Source: Thermodesulfobacteriota bacterium (GTDB lineage Bacteria > Desulfobacterota_D > UBA1144 > Nemesobacterales > Nemesobacteraceae). From it: a stretch of 64,000 nt of DNA. The stretch lies in assembly GCA_965202785.1 (NCBI GenBank), contig OZ241855.1, positions 1,504,001-1,568,000 of the forward strand. Reading direction: 5' to 3'. Below are positions 1 to 9,790 of this stretch, one piece after another (the first letter of the stretch is position 1; each line of letters starts with the position of its first letter). The notes below the pieces were generated by a model. That model did no database searches. It worked only from the letters and a program-made list of their open reading frames with translations, and was not told where the DNA came from. The position numbers and the translations under genes are program-made.

Positions 1-291
1 CAAAACGGAGCAGTGATGAGCGAAAGCAAAAGAAGAAACCTTGCTGAGACCATAGAGAAAAAGCAGAAGGACCTGGACAGGACGAGAGAAGACATCAGAA
101 TTGAACTTCAGAGGAAGGATCTCGAGTTGACCCAGAATGTCCTTAAGGACATAGAAACCATAGTTAACAAAATAGGCCAGGAGGAAAAATTTGACCTTAT
201 CGTCGAAAAAACCGAAGCAGGCATTCTCTACGGCAGCTCAGCTACAGACATAACCAATAAAGTCATATCGGTTTACGATGCTTCCAGATAA
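1..291 (+). CDS. skp: OmpH/Skp family periplasmic chaperone (5'-truncated by window edge)
   Basis: Coiled-coil followed by C-terminal 'FDLIVEK...ILYG...DITNKVI' typical of Skp; frame open from base 1; directly upstream of fabZ. Confidence 0.8.
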   Translation, partial: QNGAVMSESKRRNLAETIEKKQKDLDRTREDIRIELQRKDLELTQNVLKDIETIVNKIGQEEKFDLIVEKTEAGILYGSSATDITNKVISVYDASR

Positions 292-732
292 ATGAAGTTG
301 GGCGTGGATGAAATAAAGGAACTTATTCCTCACAGAGAGCCTTTTCTGTTTGTTGACTCTGTTCTGGAAATCGAAAAGGGCAGAAAGATTGCCGCCGAGA
401 AGTTGTTTTCTCCCGAAGAATTTTTTTTCAGGGGACATTTCCCCGGCAACCCTATAGTTCCAGGAGTGATAATTACCGAAGCGCTGGCTCAGGCCGGAGG
501 AGTGCTTTTCAACTATTCTTTTAAGGATGAACTGAAAAAAGAAGGTTTCGAAAACGCCTATCTTATGAGCCTTGACCGTTGCCGGTTCAGAGCGCCGGTG
601 GTTCCGGGTGACAAGGTAGTTCTTGAGGTGGAACTCGTTAGAAGAAGATCGAGAATAATATTTTTTTCCGCAGAAGCTTCCGTGGATGGGAAAAAAGTGG
701 CGGAGGCGGAAATTTCCGCTTACCTAGTATGA
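292..732 (+). CDS. fabZ: 3-hydroxyacyl-ACP dehydratase
   Basis: IPHREPFLFVD, FRGHFPGNPIVPGV..EALAQ, FRAPVVPGD motifs. Confidence 0.95.
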   Translation: MKLGVDEIKELIPHREPFLFVDSVLEIEKGRKIAAEKLFSPEEFFFRGHFPGNPIVPGVIITEALAQAGGVLFNYSFKDELKKEGFENAYLMSLDRCRFRAPVVPGDKVVLEVELVRRRSRIIFFSAEASVDGKKVAEAEISAYLV

Positions 733-800
733 TTTCCGGTCTGCTTTTCTCACCCTGGGGATTCCCGTCACTTTTTAATTATCTTTTCACTTGTTGATTA

Positions 801-828
801 TTGACATTTCCGTTTATAGCAATATTAT
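801..828 (+). promoter_or_regulatory. Sigma70-type promoter of the tRNA-tuf operon
   Basis: TTGACA (801-806), 16 nt spacer, TATTAT (823-828) upstream of the tRNA cluster. Confidence 0.6.
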
Positions 829-910
829 ACATTGTTTACTGTAAAAAGGGTTGTTTTACCCAATTCCAAGTTGGTCAGACAAGTGAATCTAGAATTCATA
901 AAAATAAAAA

Positions 911-982
911 GCTGGCGTAGCTCAGGGGTAGAGCAGCTGATTTGTAATCAGCCGGTCGGGGGTTCGAATCCCTTCGCCAGCT
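911..982 (+). tRNA. tRNA-Thr(TGT)
   Basis: GCTGGCG/CGCCAGC acceptor stem, GCTGA-TTTGTAA-TCAGC anticodon arm, GTTCGAATC T-loop. Confidence 0.95.
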
Positions 983-1002
983 CTCTGTTTGATGAATATG
1001 CA

Positions 1003-1085
1003 GGGGAGGTGGCTGAGTGGACAAAAGCAGCAGACTGTAAATCTGCCGGCGAAAGCCTACGTAGGTTCGAATCCTGCCCTCCCCA
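1003..1085 (+). tRNA. tRNA-Tyr(GTA)
   Basis: GGGGAGG/CCTCCCC acceptor stem, GCAGA-CTGTAAA-TCTGC anticodon arm, long variable arm. Confidence 0.95.
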
Positions 1086-1095
1086 AAAATTTCGC

Positions 1096-1169
1096 GCGGG
1101 AGTAGCTCAGTTGGCTAGAGCATCAGCCTTCCAAGCTGAGGGTCGCGGGTTCGAGCCCCGTCTCCCGCT
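1096..1169 (+). tRNA. tRNA-Gly(TCC)
   Basis: GCGGGAG/CTCCCGC acceptor stem, TCAGC-CTTCCAA-GCTGA anticodon arm. Confidence 0.95.
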
Positions 1170-1182
1170 CGTTTTTAGGGAC

Positions 1183-1255
1183 GCCCACGTAGCTCAGTCG
1201 GTAGAGCACGTCCTTGGTAAGGACGAGGTCGGCGGTTCAAGTCCGCTCGTGGGCT
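1183..1255 (+). tRNA. tRNA-Thr(GGT)
   Basis: GCCCACG/CGTGGGC acceptor stem, CGTCC-TTGGTAA-GGACG anticodon arm. Confidence 0.95.
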
Positions 1256-1306
1256 TGATGCTTAGCGGTTTGCAGAATATTACAAAAGATCGGAGGTCAA
1301 CAAGCG

Positions 1307-2491
1307 ATGTCAAAGGAGAGATTTGAGAGGGGGAAGCCTCATTTAAACATAGGGACGATAGGGCATGTGGATCATGGGAAGACTACGTTAACTGCGGCGA
1401 TAACGAGCATATTGTCGAAGCGAGGTCAGGCGGAGTACGTTGAGTTTGACAACATAGACAAGGCGCCAGAAGAGAGGGAGAGGGGGATAACGATAAACAT
1501 AGCGCACGTGGAGTATGAGACGGACATAAGGCATTACGCTCACGTTGACTGTCCCGGGCACGCCGACTACGTGAAGAACATGATAACGGGTGCGGCGCAG
1601 ATGGACGGAGCCGTGTTGGTGGTGAGCGCGCCTGACGGGCCGATGCCTCAGACAAGGGAGCACATACTGCTTGCGAGGCAGGTAGGGGTGCCGTACATAG
1701 TGGTAGCGCTTAACAAGGTGGACATGCTTGATGACGAGGAGTTGCTGGAGCTGGTGGAGCTTGAGATAAGGGAGTTGCTTAGCGAGTACGGGTTTCCCGG
1801 GGACGACATACCGATTGTGAAGGTAAGCGCGCTTAAGGCGATAGAAGGGGACGAGGGGGCAGCGGAGCAGGTAGTGGAGTTAATGGACCAGATAGACAGT
1901 TATGTGCCTGAGCCGGAGAGGGACATGGACAAGCCGTTTTTGATGGCGATAGAGGACGTGTTCACGATATCTGGAAGGGGCACGGTGGTAACAGGGAGAG
2001 TGGAGAGGGGAAGGATAGTGGCGGGGAACGAGATAGAGATAGTAGGGTTTAAGGATACGACGAAGACCGTAGCCACGAGTTTGGAGATGTTCCGCAAGAT
2101 ACTTGACGATGCGCAGGCGGGGGACAACGTGGGAGTATTGCTCAGGGGAATAGGGAAGGAAGAGGTGGAGAGGGGGCAGGTGTTGAGTGCTCCTGGGAGC
2201 ATAAAGCCACACAGGAAGTTCAAGGCGGAGGTGTATGTGTTAAAGAAGGAGGAGGGGGGAAGGCACACGCCGTTTTTCCCTGGGTACCGGCCGCAGTTTT
2301 ATTTAAGGACGACAGATGTGACTGGGGCGGTGATATTGCCAGAGGGGGTGGAGATGGTGATGCCTGGGGACAATGTGAGCATGGACGTTGAGTTGATAGC
2401 GCCTGTGGCTATGGAGGAGCAGTTGCGTTTTGCGATAAGAGAGGGTGGAAGAACAGTTGGGGCAGGTGTAGTAACCGAAATCATTGAGTGA
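1307..2491 (+). CDS. tuf: Elongation factor Tu
   Basis: [40 protein letters not shown]. Confidence 0.99.
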   Translation: MSKERFERGKPHLNIGTIGHVDHGKTTLTAAITSILSKRGQAEYVEFDNIDKAPEERERGITINIAHVEYETDIRHYAHVDCPGHADYVKNMITGAAQMDGAVLVVSAPDGPMPQTREHILLARQVGVPYIVVALNKVDMLDDEELLELVELEIRELLSEYGFPGDDIPIVKVSALKAIEGDEGAAEQVVELMDQIDSYVPEPERDMDKPFLMAIEDVFTISGRGTVVTGRVERGRIVAGNEIEIVGFKDTTKTVATSLEMFRKILDDAQAGDNVGVLLRGIGKEEVERGQVLSAPGSIKPHRKFKAEVYVLKKEEGGRHTPFFPGYRPQFYLRTTDVTGAVILPEGVEMVMPGDNVSMDVELIAPVAMEEQLRFAIREGGRTVGAGVVTEIIE

Positions 2492-2508
2492 TGAGTAGTA
2501 GACTCTAC

Positions 2509-2581
2509 AGGGCAGTAGCTCAATTGGTAGAGCAGCGGTCTCCAAAACCGCAGGTTGGGGGTTCGAGACCCTCCTGCCCTG
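2509..2581 (+). tRNA. tRNA-Trp(CCA)
   Basis: AGGGCAG/CTGCCCT acceptor stem, GCGGT-CTCCAAA-ACCGC anticodon arm; usual position before secE. Confidence 0.95.
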
Positions 2582-2596
2582 CAGAAAAGCCAAGTC

Positions 2597-2800
2597 ATGG
2601 AAAAATTTGACAGGATCAAAGTTGATACGACCAAGTATCTCAGTGGTGTTGCTACAGAACTGAAAAGAATAACCTGGCCCGAGCGTAAAGATACGGTTAA
2701 ATCAACCTTAGTGGTTGTTATTATTACCGCGTTTTTTGCACTCTTTTTTATGCTGGCCGATTACGTGTTCTCTTTTCTGTTTGGTCTTATACTGAGTTAA
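2597..2800 (+). CDS. secE: Preprotein translocase subunit SecE
   Basis: ELKRITWP motif plus one TM helix; ATG 2597 chosen because the longer ORF start lies inside tRNA-Trp. Confidence 0.93.
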   Translation: MEKFDRIKVDTTKYLSGVATELKRITWPERKDTVKSTLVVVIITAFFALFFMLADYVFSFLFGLILS

Positions 2801-2825
2801 AGAGCGAATCGGGAGCAGTTTTCGG

Positions 2826-3386
2826 ATGCCAAGCAAGTGGTATATAGTGCACGTAAATACCGGTTTTGAGGAAAGGGTTAAAACCCAGATAGAAAACGGG
2901 ATAGAAAGCATGAAGAATGAAAACCTTGCCATTGATGAGGTTTTTATTCCTACTGAGACGGTGGTTGAAACCCAGAAAGGCGGGAGGAAGAGAACATCTA
3001 TTAGGAAATTCTTTCCCGGATATATAATGCTTAAAATGGATCTTAACAAGGAAACCTTGGATTTTGTACGGGAGATACCGAAAGTCATAAGTTTCGTGGG
3101 AGGCCGCCCGGTTGATGGAAAGATAAATATTGATTCCATTCCCGAAGTTGACGAAGAAAAAGTTAATGAGATAAAAACAAGGGCAAAAGAGGGCACGCTC
3201 AAGCCCAAGCCGAGTGTCGCTTTTGAAAAAGGAGAAGCAGTAAGGGTTATAGAGGGTCCTTTTGCTAATTTCTCTGGAATTATAGAAGATGTAAAACCCG
3301 AGAAAGCCAGGGTGCAGGTGCTGGTCAGCATTTTCGGCAGAACCACGCCCATAGAGCTTGATTTTAGTCAGGTGGAGAAAATCTAG
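2826..3386 (+). CDS. nusG: Transcription termination/antitermination factor NusG
   Basis: WYIVHV..GFE, FFPGYI, KOW 'VRVIEGPFANFSG', IFGRTTPIELDF. Confidence 0.97.
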   Translation: MPSKWYIVHVNTGFEERVKTQIENGIESMKNENLAIDEVFIPTETVVETQKGGRKRTSIRKFFPGYIMLKMDLNKETLDFVREIPKVISFVGGRPVDGKINIDSIPEVDEEKVNEIKTRAKEGTLKPKPSVAFEKGEAVRVIEGPFANFSGIIEDVKPEKARVQVLVSIFGRTTPIELDFSQVEKI

Positions 3387-3806
3387 ATGAAGAAAATAAG
3401 CGGTTACATAAAGTTGCTGATTGAGGCTGGAAAGGCATCCCCTTCGCCTCCGGTAGGTCCCGCGCTCGGACAAAGAGGCGTGAACATAATGGAATTCTGC
3501 AAGGCTTTTAATGCCCAGACATCTTCTTCCGAAGGGCTTCTTCCGGTTACGGTGACCGTTTACGCGGACAGGTCTTTTGATCTTCAGATAAAAACTCCTC
3601 CTACTTCTTACCTGCTGAAAAAAGCTGCGGGCGTGGAGAAAGGTTCAGGGACCACTCCGAGAACCAAGGCCGGCAAAATTACGGAGGAACAAGCAAGGGA
3701 GATAGCGCAGAGAAAGCTTGAGGATCTCAATACTGATGAAATTGATGCGGCCTTGATGGTTGTGCGTGGTACAGCGAGAAGTATGGGAATCGATATAGAA
3801 GGATAA
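3387..3806 (+). CDS. rplK: 50S ribosomal protein L11
   Basis: [37 protein letters not shown]. Confidence 0.98.
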   Translation: MKKISGYIKLLIEAGKASPSPPVGPALGQRGVNIMEFCKAFNAQTSSSEGLLPVTVTVYADRSFDLQIKTPPTSYLLKKAAGVEKGSGTTPRTKAGKITEEQAREIAQRKLEDLNTDEIDAALMVVRGTARSMGIDIEG

Positions 3807-3822
3807 AGTTTGGAGAGACTTC

Positions 3823-4548
3823 ATGACCACCAGAGGAAAAAAATATATTGACGTAAGCGCCAAAGTAGATTCCTACAAAGAGTATACGGTTGATGAGGCC
3901 ATGGAACTTGTGGTGCAGACCCACTATGCGAAATTTGATGAAACGGTGGATATAGCCGTAAATCTCGGCATAGATCCCAGACATGCGAACCAGCAGATTC
4001 GTTCCGCGGTTGTGTTGCCTCACGGTCTCGGGAAAAAAATGACGGTCCTCGTGTTTGCAGCGGATGATAAGGCAGCCGAGGCAAAAGAAGCCGGGGCCGA
4101 CTATGTGGGTCTTGACGATATTGTGGAGAAAATTTCTAAGGAGAACTGGCTTGATTTTGACGTGGCTATAGCCACTCCTGACGTGATGTCAAAAGTTGGC
4201 AGACTGGGAAAAGTTCTGGGGCCAAGGGGACTGATGCCGAGTCCGAAGGTAGGTACTGTGACTTTGGACGTTGCTAACATGGTCAAGGAATCAAAGGCTG
4301 GTCGTGTTGAAGTCAGAAATGACAAAAGCGGAGTTATACACGCTCCTGTTGGAAAGGTCTCTTTTGGAAAACAGAACCTGAAAGAAAACTTCCTCGCCTT
4401 TATGAGTTTTCTGATCAAAGAGAAACCTGCCGCTTCTAAAGGTGTTTTTCTGAAGAGAGTTTCGGTGTCGTCGACCATGGGTCCCGGTATCGGAATGAGT
4501 GTGCCGGATATCAGGAACGAACTTAAAAGTATGGGAATTGCGGCGTGA
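3823..4548 (+). CDS. rplA: 50S ribosomal protein L1
   Basis: [30 protein letters not shown]. Confidence 0.98.
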   Translation: MTTRGKKYIDVSAKVDSYKEYTVDEAMELVVQTHYAKFDETVDIAVNLGIDPRHANQQIRSAVVLPHGLGKKMTVLVFAADDKAAEAKEAGADYVGLDDIVEKISKENWLDFDVAIATPDVMSKVGRLGKVLGPRGLMPSPKVGTVTLDVANMVKESKAGRVEVRNDKSGVIHAPVGKVSFGKQNLKENFLAFMSFLIKEKPAASKGVFLKRVSVSSTMGPGIGMSVPDIRNELKSMGIAA

Positions 4549-4584
4549 ACGTAACGCAAAACTAGATACGAGAAGAGAGAGACT

Positions 4585-5106
4585 ATGCTCAGTAAAGCCG
4601 AAAAGCAAAAAGTAATTGATGACTTGGTATCCAGATTCCATTCCGTTTCCTCGGTGTTTGTTGTTGAATACCAGGGACTTAAGGTGAAGGAGATGGATGT
4701 CCTGAGGAAAAAACTCAGGCAGACCAATACGGAGTTCAGAGTTGTAAAGAACACCCTTCTGGAGAAAGCTTCACTAGGAACGGACATAGAAAAAATGAAA
4801 GATCTTTTTTCGGGTCCCACAGCGATTGCTATTTGTGATGGGGAATCTTCCGCGGCAGCGAAAGTTTTTATTGATTACAGCGAGGATTTTCCGGAAATCA
4901 GGGTGAAGGGCGGCATATTCGAAGGAGAAGTAGTCGATGTATCCAGAATAGAGCAAATAGCAAAGCTTCCGTCAAGACAGGAGCTTATCTCCGAGTTCGT
5001 AGGCCTGCTTAGTGCTCCGATGGGCAACCTTGTGGGAGTCTTGGAGCAGGCACGCTCAAATATTGTCAATGTGTTAGAAGGTTTAAAAGAAAATAAAACT
5101 GAATAA
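4585..5106 (+). CDS. rplJ: 50S ribosomal protein L10
   Basis: YQGLKV, VVKNTL, GPTAIA, LPSRQEL; operon position. Confidence 0.96.
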   Translation: MLSKAEKQKVIDDLVSRFHSVSSVFVVEYQGLKVKEMDVLRKKLRQTNTEFRVVKNTLLEKASLGTDIEKMKDLFSGPTAIAICDGESSAAAKVFIDYSEDFPEIRVKGGIFEGEVVDVSRIEQIAKLPSRQELISEFVGLLSAPMGNLVGVLEQARSNIVNVLEGLKENKTE

Positions 5107-5142
5107 AAAGCTGTAGAACTGTTTTATCAAGGAGGAATAAAA

Positions 5143-5526
5143 ATGCCCGATATTAGTAGAACAGACGTTATCACCTATCTTGAACAAGCCAGTATGCTTG
5201 AGATCTCCGAACTGATAGAGGAAATAAAGGAAAAGTTCGGTGTTCAGGCCGCTGCGCCGCAAGTCGCTGTAGCCGCCACTGCCGGTGCCGAAGCCGCTCC
5301 TGCGGCCGAAGAGAAGACTGAGTTTAATGTAATTCTCAGTTCTTTCGGAGACAAGAAAATACAGGTCATAAAGGCGGTAAGGGAAATTGCGGGTCTTGGG
5401 CTCAAGGAATCCAAGGAACTTGTTGAGGGGGCTCCCAAACCTGTGAAAGAGGGAGTTAACAAGGATGAGGCCGAAGATATCAAGAAGAAGCTTGAAGACG
5501 CCGGGGCAACCGTTGAAGTTAACTGA
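5143..5526 (+). CDS. rplL: 50S ribosomal protein L7/L12
   Basis: Ala-rich hinge, [22 protein letters not shown]. Confidence 0.98.
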   Translation: MPDISRTDVITYLEQASMLEISELIEEIKEKFGVQAAAPQVAVAATAGAEAAPAAEEKTEFNVILSSFGDKKIQVIKAVREIAGLGLKESKELVEGAPKPVKEGVNKDEAEDIKKKLEDAGATVEVN

Positions 5527-5579
5527 CCACAATTTTCTTCGGTTATTTTCACTTAAATTAAAAAACGAGGGGGTGCGCG

Positions 5580-8500
5580 TTGAGCATAGAGAATATAGAG
5601 TCTCAGGAATTAAGGAAAGATTTTTCGAAGATCCCCCAGGTTCTGGATATCCCCCACCTGCTTGATGTACAGATAAAATCGTACGAAGATTTTCTGCAGG
5701 CCGATATTCCTCCGGATGAGCGTTCGGACACCGGCCTTCACGGAGCCTTCAAGGCTGTTTTTCCTCTTGAGGACTATAATGGCAAGGCTTCTTTGGAATA
5801 TCTCAGCTACAGGCTGGACGAACCCAAGTATGATTTTGCCGAGTGCAGACTTAAGGGCTATACCTACACTGCTCCTCTTTATGTAACTTTCCGTCTTATA
5901 ATTTGGGACATTCCTGAGGGTGAAAAAGGACAGAAAGATACTGAAAGACAGTTCCGCGACATTAAAGAGCAAGAGATATACTTTGGGGAAGTACAGCTTA
6001 TGACCCCCAGCGGTTCTTTTATAGTAAACGGAACCGAAAGAGTAATAGTAAACCAGCTCCACAGATCTCCCGGGGTGTTTTTTGATCGGGACAAAAGCAA
6101 GAACCAGCTGTCCGGAAAGGAAGGATCTTTTATAGCGAGAATCGTTCCTCAAAACGGTCGCTGGCTTGATTTTGAATATGATCTGAAAGACATGCTCCAT
6201 GTGCGCATAGACAGGAAGAAAAAATTCCACGTCACCGTTCTTCTCAAGGCCATGGGTTATGATGAGCAGCAGATAATGGATTTCTTCTATCCCGTGGAGA
6301 CTTTCCATATAGAACCACAAGAACTTCGAAAAGAATTAACCGCTGAAGTTTTCAGTGTGGGGGCAGAGGGTTTTAAAAAGGAAACGACCACCGAGATAAT
6401 CTCCTATCAGAAGGTGACTGCTGACATAAACAATCCGGAGACGGGTGAACTTATAGGTAGAAAGGGAAGAAGGCTGAAAAATCTTCTTTCAGGATTTGAA
6501 GAAGCCGGCATGACTTCCATACCCGTTTCGGATGAAGAGATAATGGAAAAACCCTCGGCCGAAGTGGTTTCCGACCCCGAAACAGGGGAAGTAGTACTGG
6601 ATTTCAACGAGGAAATAACGGAAGAAAAACTCAATGAACTGCGCAGAGTCGGTAAAAAGACCCTCAGAGTCTACTATATAGACAAGACCCTGTTCGTGAG
6701 TTCTCTTCGGACCACGCTTCTTTCCGATAAGGTGGATTCATGTGAGGAGGCCATAACGGAGATATACAAGAAATTCAGGCCCACGGATCCTCCTTCCGAT
6801 GAAGTCGCGCGGACTTTCTTTGAAAACATGTTCTTCACCCAGGATGCATACAGACTCTCGAAAGTGGGCCGGATCAAGATCAACTACAAGCTCAAGCGCA
6901 AGGGTGTGAGCGATGATCATCTTACTTTGGACAGGGAGGATATCCTTCTGACCGTGAAATACCTGCTTGATTTGAAAGGTGGCAGGGGATCTACCGACGA
7001 CATAGACCATCTCGGCAACCGAAGAGTAAGGACCGTCGGGGAACTCATAGAGGACCGTTTTTATCACGGTCTTGAGAGGCTTGCCCGGTTCGTAAAGGAA
7101 AAAATGGGATACCAGACCATAGAGAACCTCATGCCTAATGAAGTACTCGTTCCGAAAACCGTTACATCGGTTCTCAAGGAGTTTTTCACCACGGGCCAGC
7201 TTTCCCAGTTCATGGATCAGACCAACCCTCTGTCGGAAATAACCCATAAAAGAAGGCTGAGCGCGCTTGGTCCAGGCGGTCTTACCAGAGAGAGAGCGGG
7301 GTTTGAGGTAAGGGATGTTCACTCTTCCCATTATGGGAGAATATGCCCTATAGAGACTCCGGAAGGTCCTAATATTGGACTTATATCCAGTTTGAGCACT
7401 TATGCGAAGGTAGATGAATCCGGATTTATCCGGACTCCTTACAGGAAAGTGAAGGACGGGCGCGTTACGCACGAAATAGTTTATATGAATGCGCTTATGG
7501 AAGAGGATTACATTGTAGCCCAGGCAAACGCCCCTCTTGAAGAGGACGGGTCTTTCAAACTGCCTTTTGTCTCTGCCAGGGGAAATGGCGAATTTATGAT
7601 GGTTGAGAGAGAGAAGGTTGAGTTTATGGACGTATCCCCTTCCCAGCTTGTGTCGGTTTCGGCTTCTCTTATTCCATTTCTTGAGCATGATGACGCGAAC
7701 AGGGCCCTTATGGGTTCTAACATGCAGCGCCAAGCCGTGCCGCTGATAAAGAGCTCCTCGCCGCTTGTGGGGACGGGTTTTGAAAGCAAGGTGGCCAAGG
7801 ACTCCGGGGTTACGGTTGTCGCACGCAGAGATGGCGTGGTGGAGTCCGTAGATGCGGTTAGGATTGTAGTTAAGTCTACGGAAAGAAGCCGCGAAGGCGG
7901 AGTGGATATCTACAACCTGATAAAATTCCATCGCTCAAACCAGAGTTCCTGCTGGAATCAGAATCCTATAGTTTGCCAAGGGCAGCGGGTGAAGAAAGGG
8001 CAGGTAATAGCGGACGGGTGTTCGACGGACCGTGGCGAACTCGCGCTCGGACAGAATATGGTTGTCGCTTTTATGCCATGGGGAGGATACAACTTTGAAG
8101 ACGCAATCTTGATATCCGAGCGGGTTGTAAAAGACGACGCATTTACTTCAATCCATATTGAGGAGTTTGAGTGTACGGCAAGAGAGACGAAGCTCGGGAG
8201 AGAAGATATAACCAGAGATATACCTAATGTCTCCGAGGAGTCACTGAGAAATCTGGATGAGAGCGGAATAATAATGATAGGTGCCGAGGTCGAGCCTGGA
8301 GACATACTGGTTGGAAAAATTTCTCCAAAAGCTGAAACTCAGCTTTCTCCGGAAGAGAGACTCTTAAGGGCGATTTTCGGAGATAAGGCCGGGGATGTCA
8401 AAGACTCATCCCTCAAGGTTTCTTCCGGGGTACACGGTACGGTGATAGATGTTGAAACTCTCGTGTCCCGCTCCGTAGATAAGGACGAAAGGAGTAAGGA

Positions 8501-9770
8501 CATTGAGAACCAGGAAATCTCAAAGTTGATGGAAGAGAGAGAGAACGAGGTAAGTATTCTCAGGCGGGATGCGGTTGACAGAGTAAAGCATATTGTTCTC
8601 GGCAAAACTTCGCTTTCCAAAATAACGGTTAACAGAAAAACGATTCTTAAAAGCGGACAGGAAATCACAGAAGAGATTCTCGATGCTATTCCCTTAGAAA
8701 AGCTTGTCGATATGAGGATAAAGGGCTTTTCTGAAGCGGGTGAAGAACTGACTGGAATAATTGGCAGAGTCCTCAAACGCATTGATTACGTGACCGCTGC
8801 CTACGAACAGCGCATAGAAAAACTGAAAAAGCCCGATGAGTTGCCTCCCGGGGTTTTGAGAGTGGTTAAGGTCCGCATTGCTGTTAAAAGAAAGCTCCAG
8901 GTCGGCGACAAAATGGCGGGACGGCATGGCAACAAGGGTGTCGTATCGAAAATACTTCCGCAGGAAGATATGCCTTATCTTTCCGACGGGAGGCCGGTTG
9001 ATATGGTGCTTAACCCACTCGGCGTGCCTTCAAGGATGAATGTCGGCCAGATACTGGAAACCCATCTGGGATGGGGCGGCAGAGAACTGGGAAGACAGCT
9101 TAATGAGTATATTGAGCAGGAATTTAACGACGAAGCCTTGAGAGAGAAGCTTCTGGAAATATACTCGGGGTCTTCACAGACGGGCAAGTTTATTGAGTCG
9201 TTGGACAGAGAGGGTCTTGTTGAATTGGCAAGAGAGCTTAAAGACGGAGTGCCCGTGAAATCCCCGGTCTTTGACGGGGCCCACGAGGCTGAAATCGCAC
9301 GGATCCAAGAGCTTGCTGGTATCGACGAAGACGGAAAGACTATTCTTTTTGATGGTCAGACTGGTGAACCTTTTGACCAGAAAGTATGCGTTGGAATAAT
9401 GTACATGTTAAAGCTTCATCACCTTGTTGAAGAGAAAATTCATGCGAGGGCAATCGGGCCTTATTCCCTGGTAACGCAGCAACCCCTTGGTGGTAAAGCT
9501 CACTTCGGTGGACAGAGACTTGGAGAAATGGAAGTCTGGGCGCTTGAAGCCTACGGTGCAGCTTACACTCTTCAGGAATTTGTCACCATAAAATCAGACG
9601 ACGTGGCGGGACGGACGAGAATATTCGATTCGATCGTAAGAGGTGATATGAATTTTGAACCAGGTCTTCCTGAATCTTTCAAAGTTTTGCGCAAGGAACT
9701 GCAGGCATTAGGCCTTGATGTGGATCTTATTGAGGAAGAAGCGGAAATTGATCCGCTTCCAAAATATTAG
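5580..9770 (+). CDS. rpoB: RNA polymerase beta subunit
   Basis: SQFMDQTNPLSEITHKRRLSALGPGG, GDKMAGRHGNKG, GGQRLGEMEVWALEAYGA; TTG start after GAGGGG. Confidence 0.99.
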   Translation: MSIENIESQELRKDFSKIPQVLDIPHLLDVQIKSYEDFLQADIPPDERSDTGLHGAFKAVFPLEDYNGKASLEYLSYRLDEPKYDFAECRLKGYTYTAPLYVTFRLIIWDIPEGEKGQKDTERQFRDIKEQEIYFGEVQLMTPSGSFIVNGTERVIVNQLHRSPGVFFDRDKSKNQLSGKEGSFIARIVPQNGRWLDFEYDLKDMLHVRIDRKKKFHVTVLLKAMGYDEQQIMDFFYPVETFHIEPQELRKELTAEVFSVGAEGFKKETTTEIISYQKVTADINNPETGELIGRKGRRLKNLLSGFEEAGMTSIPVSDEEIMEKPSAEVVSDPETGEVVLDFNEEITEEKLNELRRVGKKTLRVYYIDKTLFVSSLRTTLLSDKVDSCEEAITEIYKKFRPTDPPSDEVARTFFENMFFTQDAYRLSKVGRIKINYKLKRKGVSDDHLTLDREDILLTVKYLLDLKGGRGSTDDIDHLGNRRVRTVGELIEDRFYHGLERLARFVKEKMGYQTIENLMPNEVLVPKTVTSVLKEFFTTGQLSQFMDQTNPLSEITHKRRLSALGPGGLTRERAGFEVRDVHSSHYGRICPIETPEGPNIGLISSLSTYAKVDESGFIRTPYRKVKDGRVTHEIVYMNALMEEDYIVAQANAPLEEDGSFKLPFVSARGNGEFMMVEREKVEFMDVSPSQLVSVSASLIPFLEHDDANRALMGSNMQRQAVPLIKSSSPLVGTGFESKVAKDSGVTVVARRDGVVESVDAVRIVVKSTERSREGGVDIYNLIKFHRSNQSSCWNQNPIVCQGQRVKKGQVIADGCSTDRGELALGQNMVVAFMPWGGYNFEDAILISERVVKDDAFTSIHIEEFECTARETKLGREDITRDIPNVSEESLRNLDESGIIMIGAEVEPGDILVGKISPKAETQLSPEERLLRAIFGDKAGDVKDSSLKVSSGVHGTVIDVETLVSRSVDKDERSKDIENQEISKLMEERENEVSILRRDAVDRVKHIVLGKTSLSKITVNRKTILKSGQEITEEILDAIPLEKLVDMRIKGFSEAGEELTGIIGRVLKRIDYVTAAYEQRIEKLKKPDELPPGVLRVVKVRIAVKRKLQVGDKMAGRHGNKGVVSKILPQEDMPYLSDGRPVDMVLNPLGVPSRMNVGQILETHLGWGGRELGRQLNEYIEQEFNDEALREKLLEIYSGSSQTGKFIESLDREGLVELARELKDGVPVKSPVFDGAHEAEIARIQELAGIDEDGKTILFDGQTGEPFDQKVCVGIMYMLKLHHLVEEKIHARAIGPYSLVTQQPLGGKAHFGGQRLGEMEVWALEAYGAAYTLQEFVTIKSDDVAGRTRIFDSIVRGDMNFEPGLPESFKVLRKELQALGLDVDLIEEEAEIDPLPKY

Positions 9771-9790
9771 TTTGGAGGGACTCATAACAC

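Noticed and set aside
832-1326. 164 aa ORF upstream of tuf
   Set aside because: It runs across four well-formed tRNA genes, so it is a chance open frame.
911-2581. tRNA genes lacking encoded 3' CCA
   Set aside because: True for six of the seven tRNAs in the window, but common in bacteria that rely on CCA-adding enzymes.
6738-7931. 397 aa antisense ORF within rpoB
   Set aside because: Shadow frame of a highly conserved gene, with no motifs or plausible RBS.
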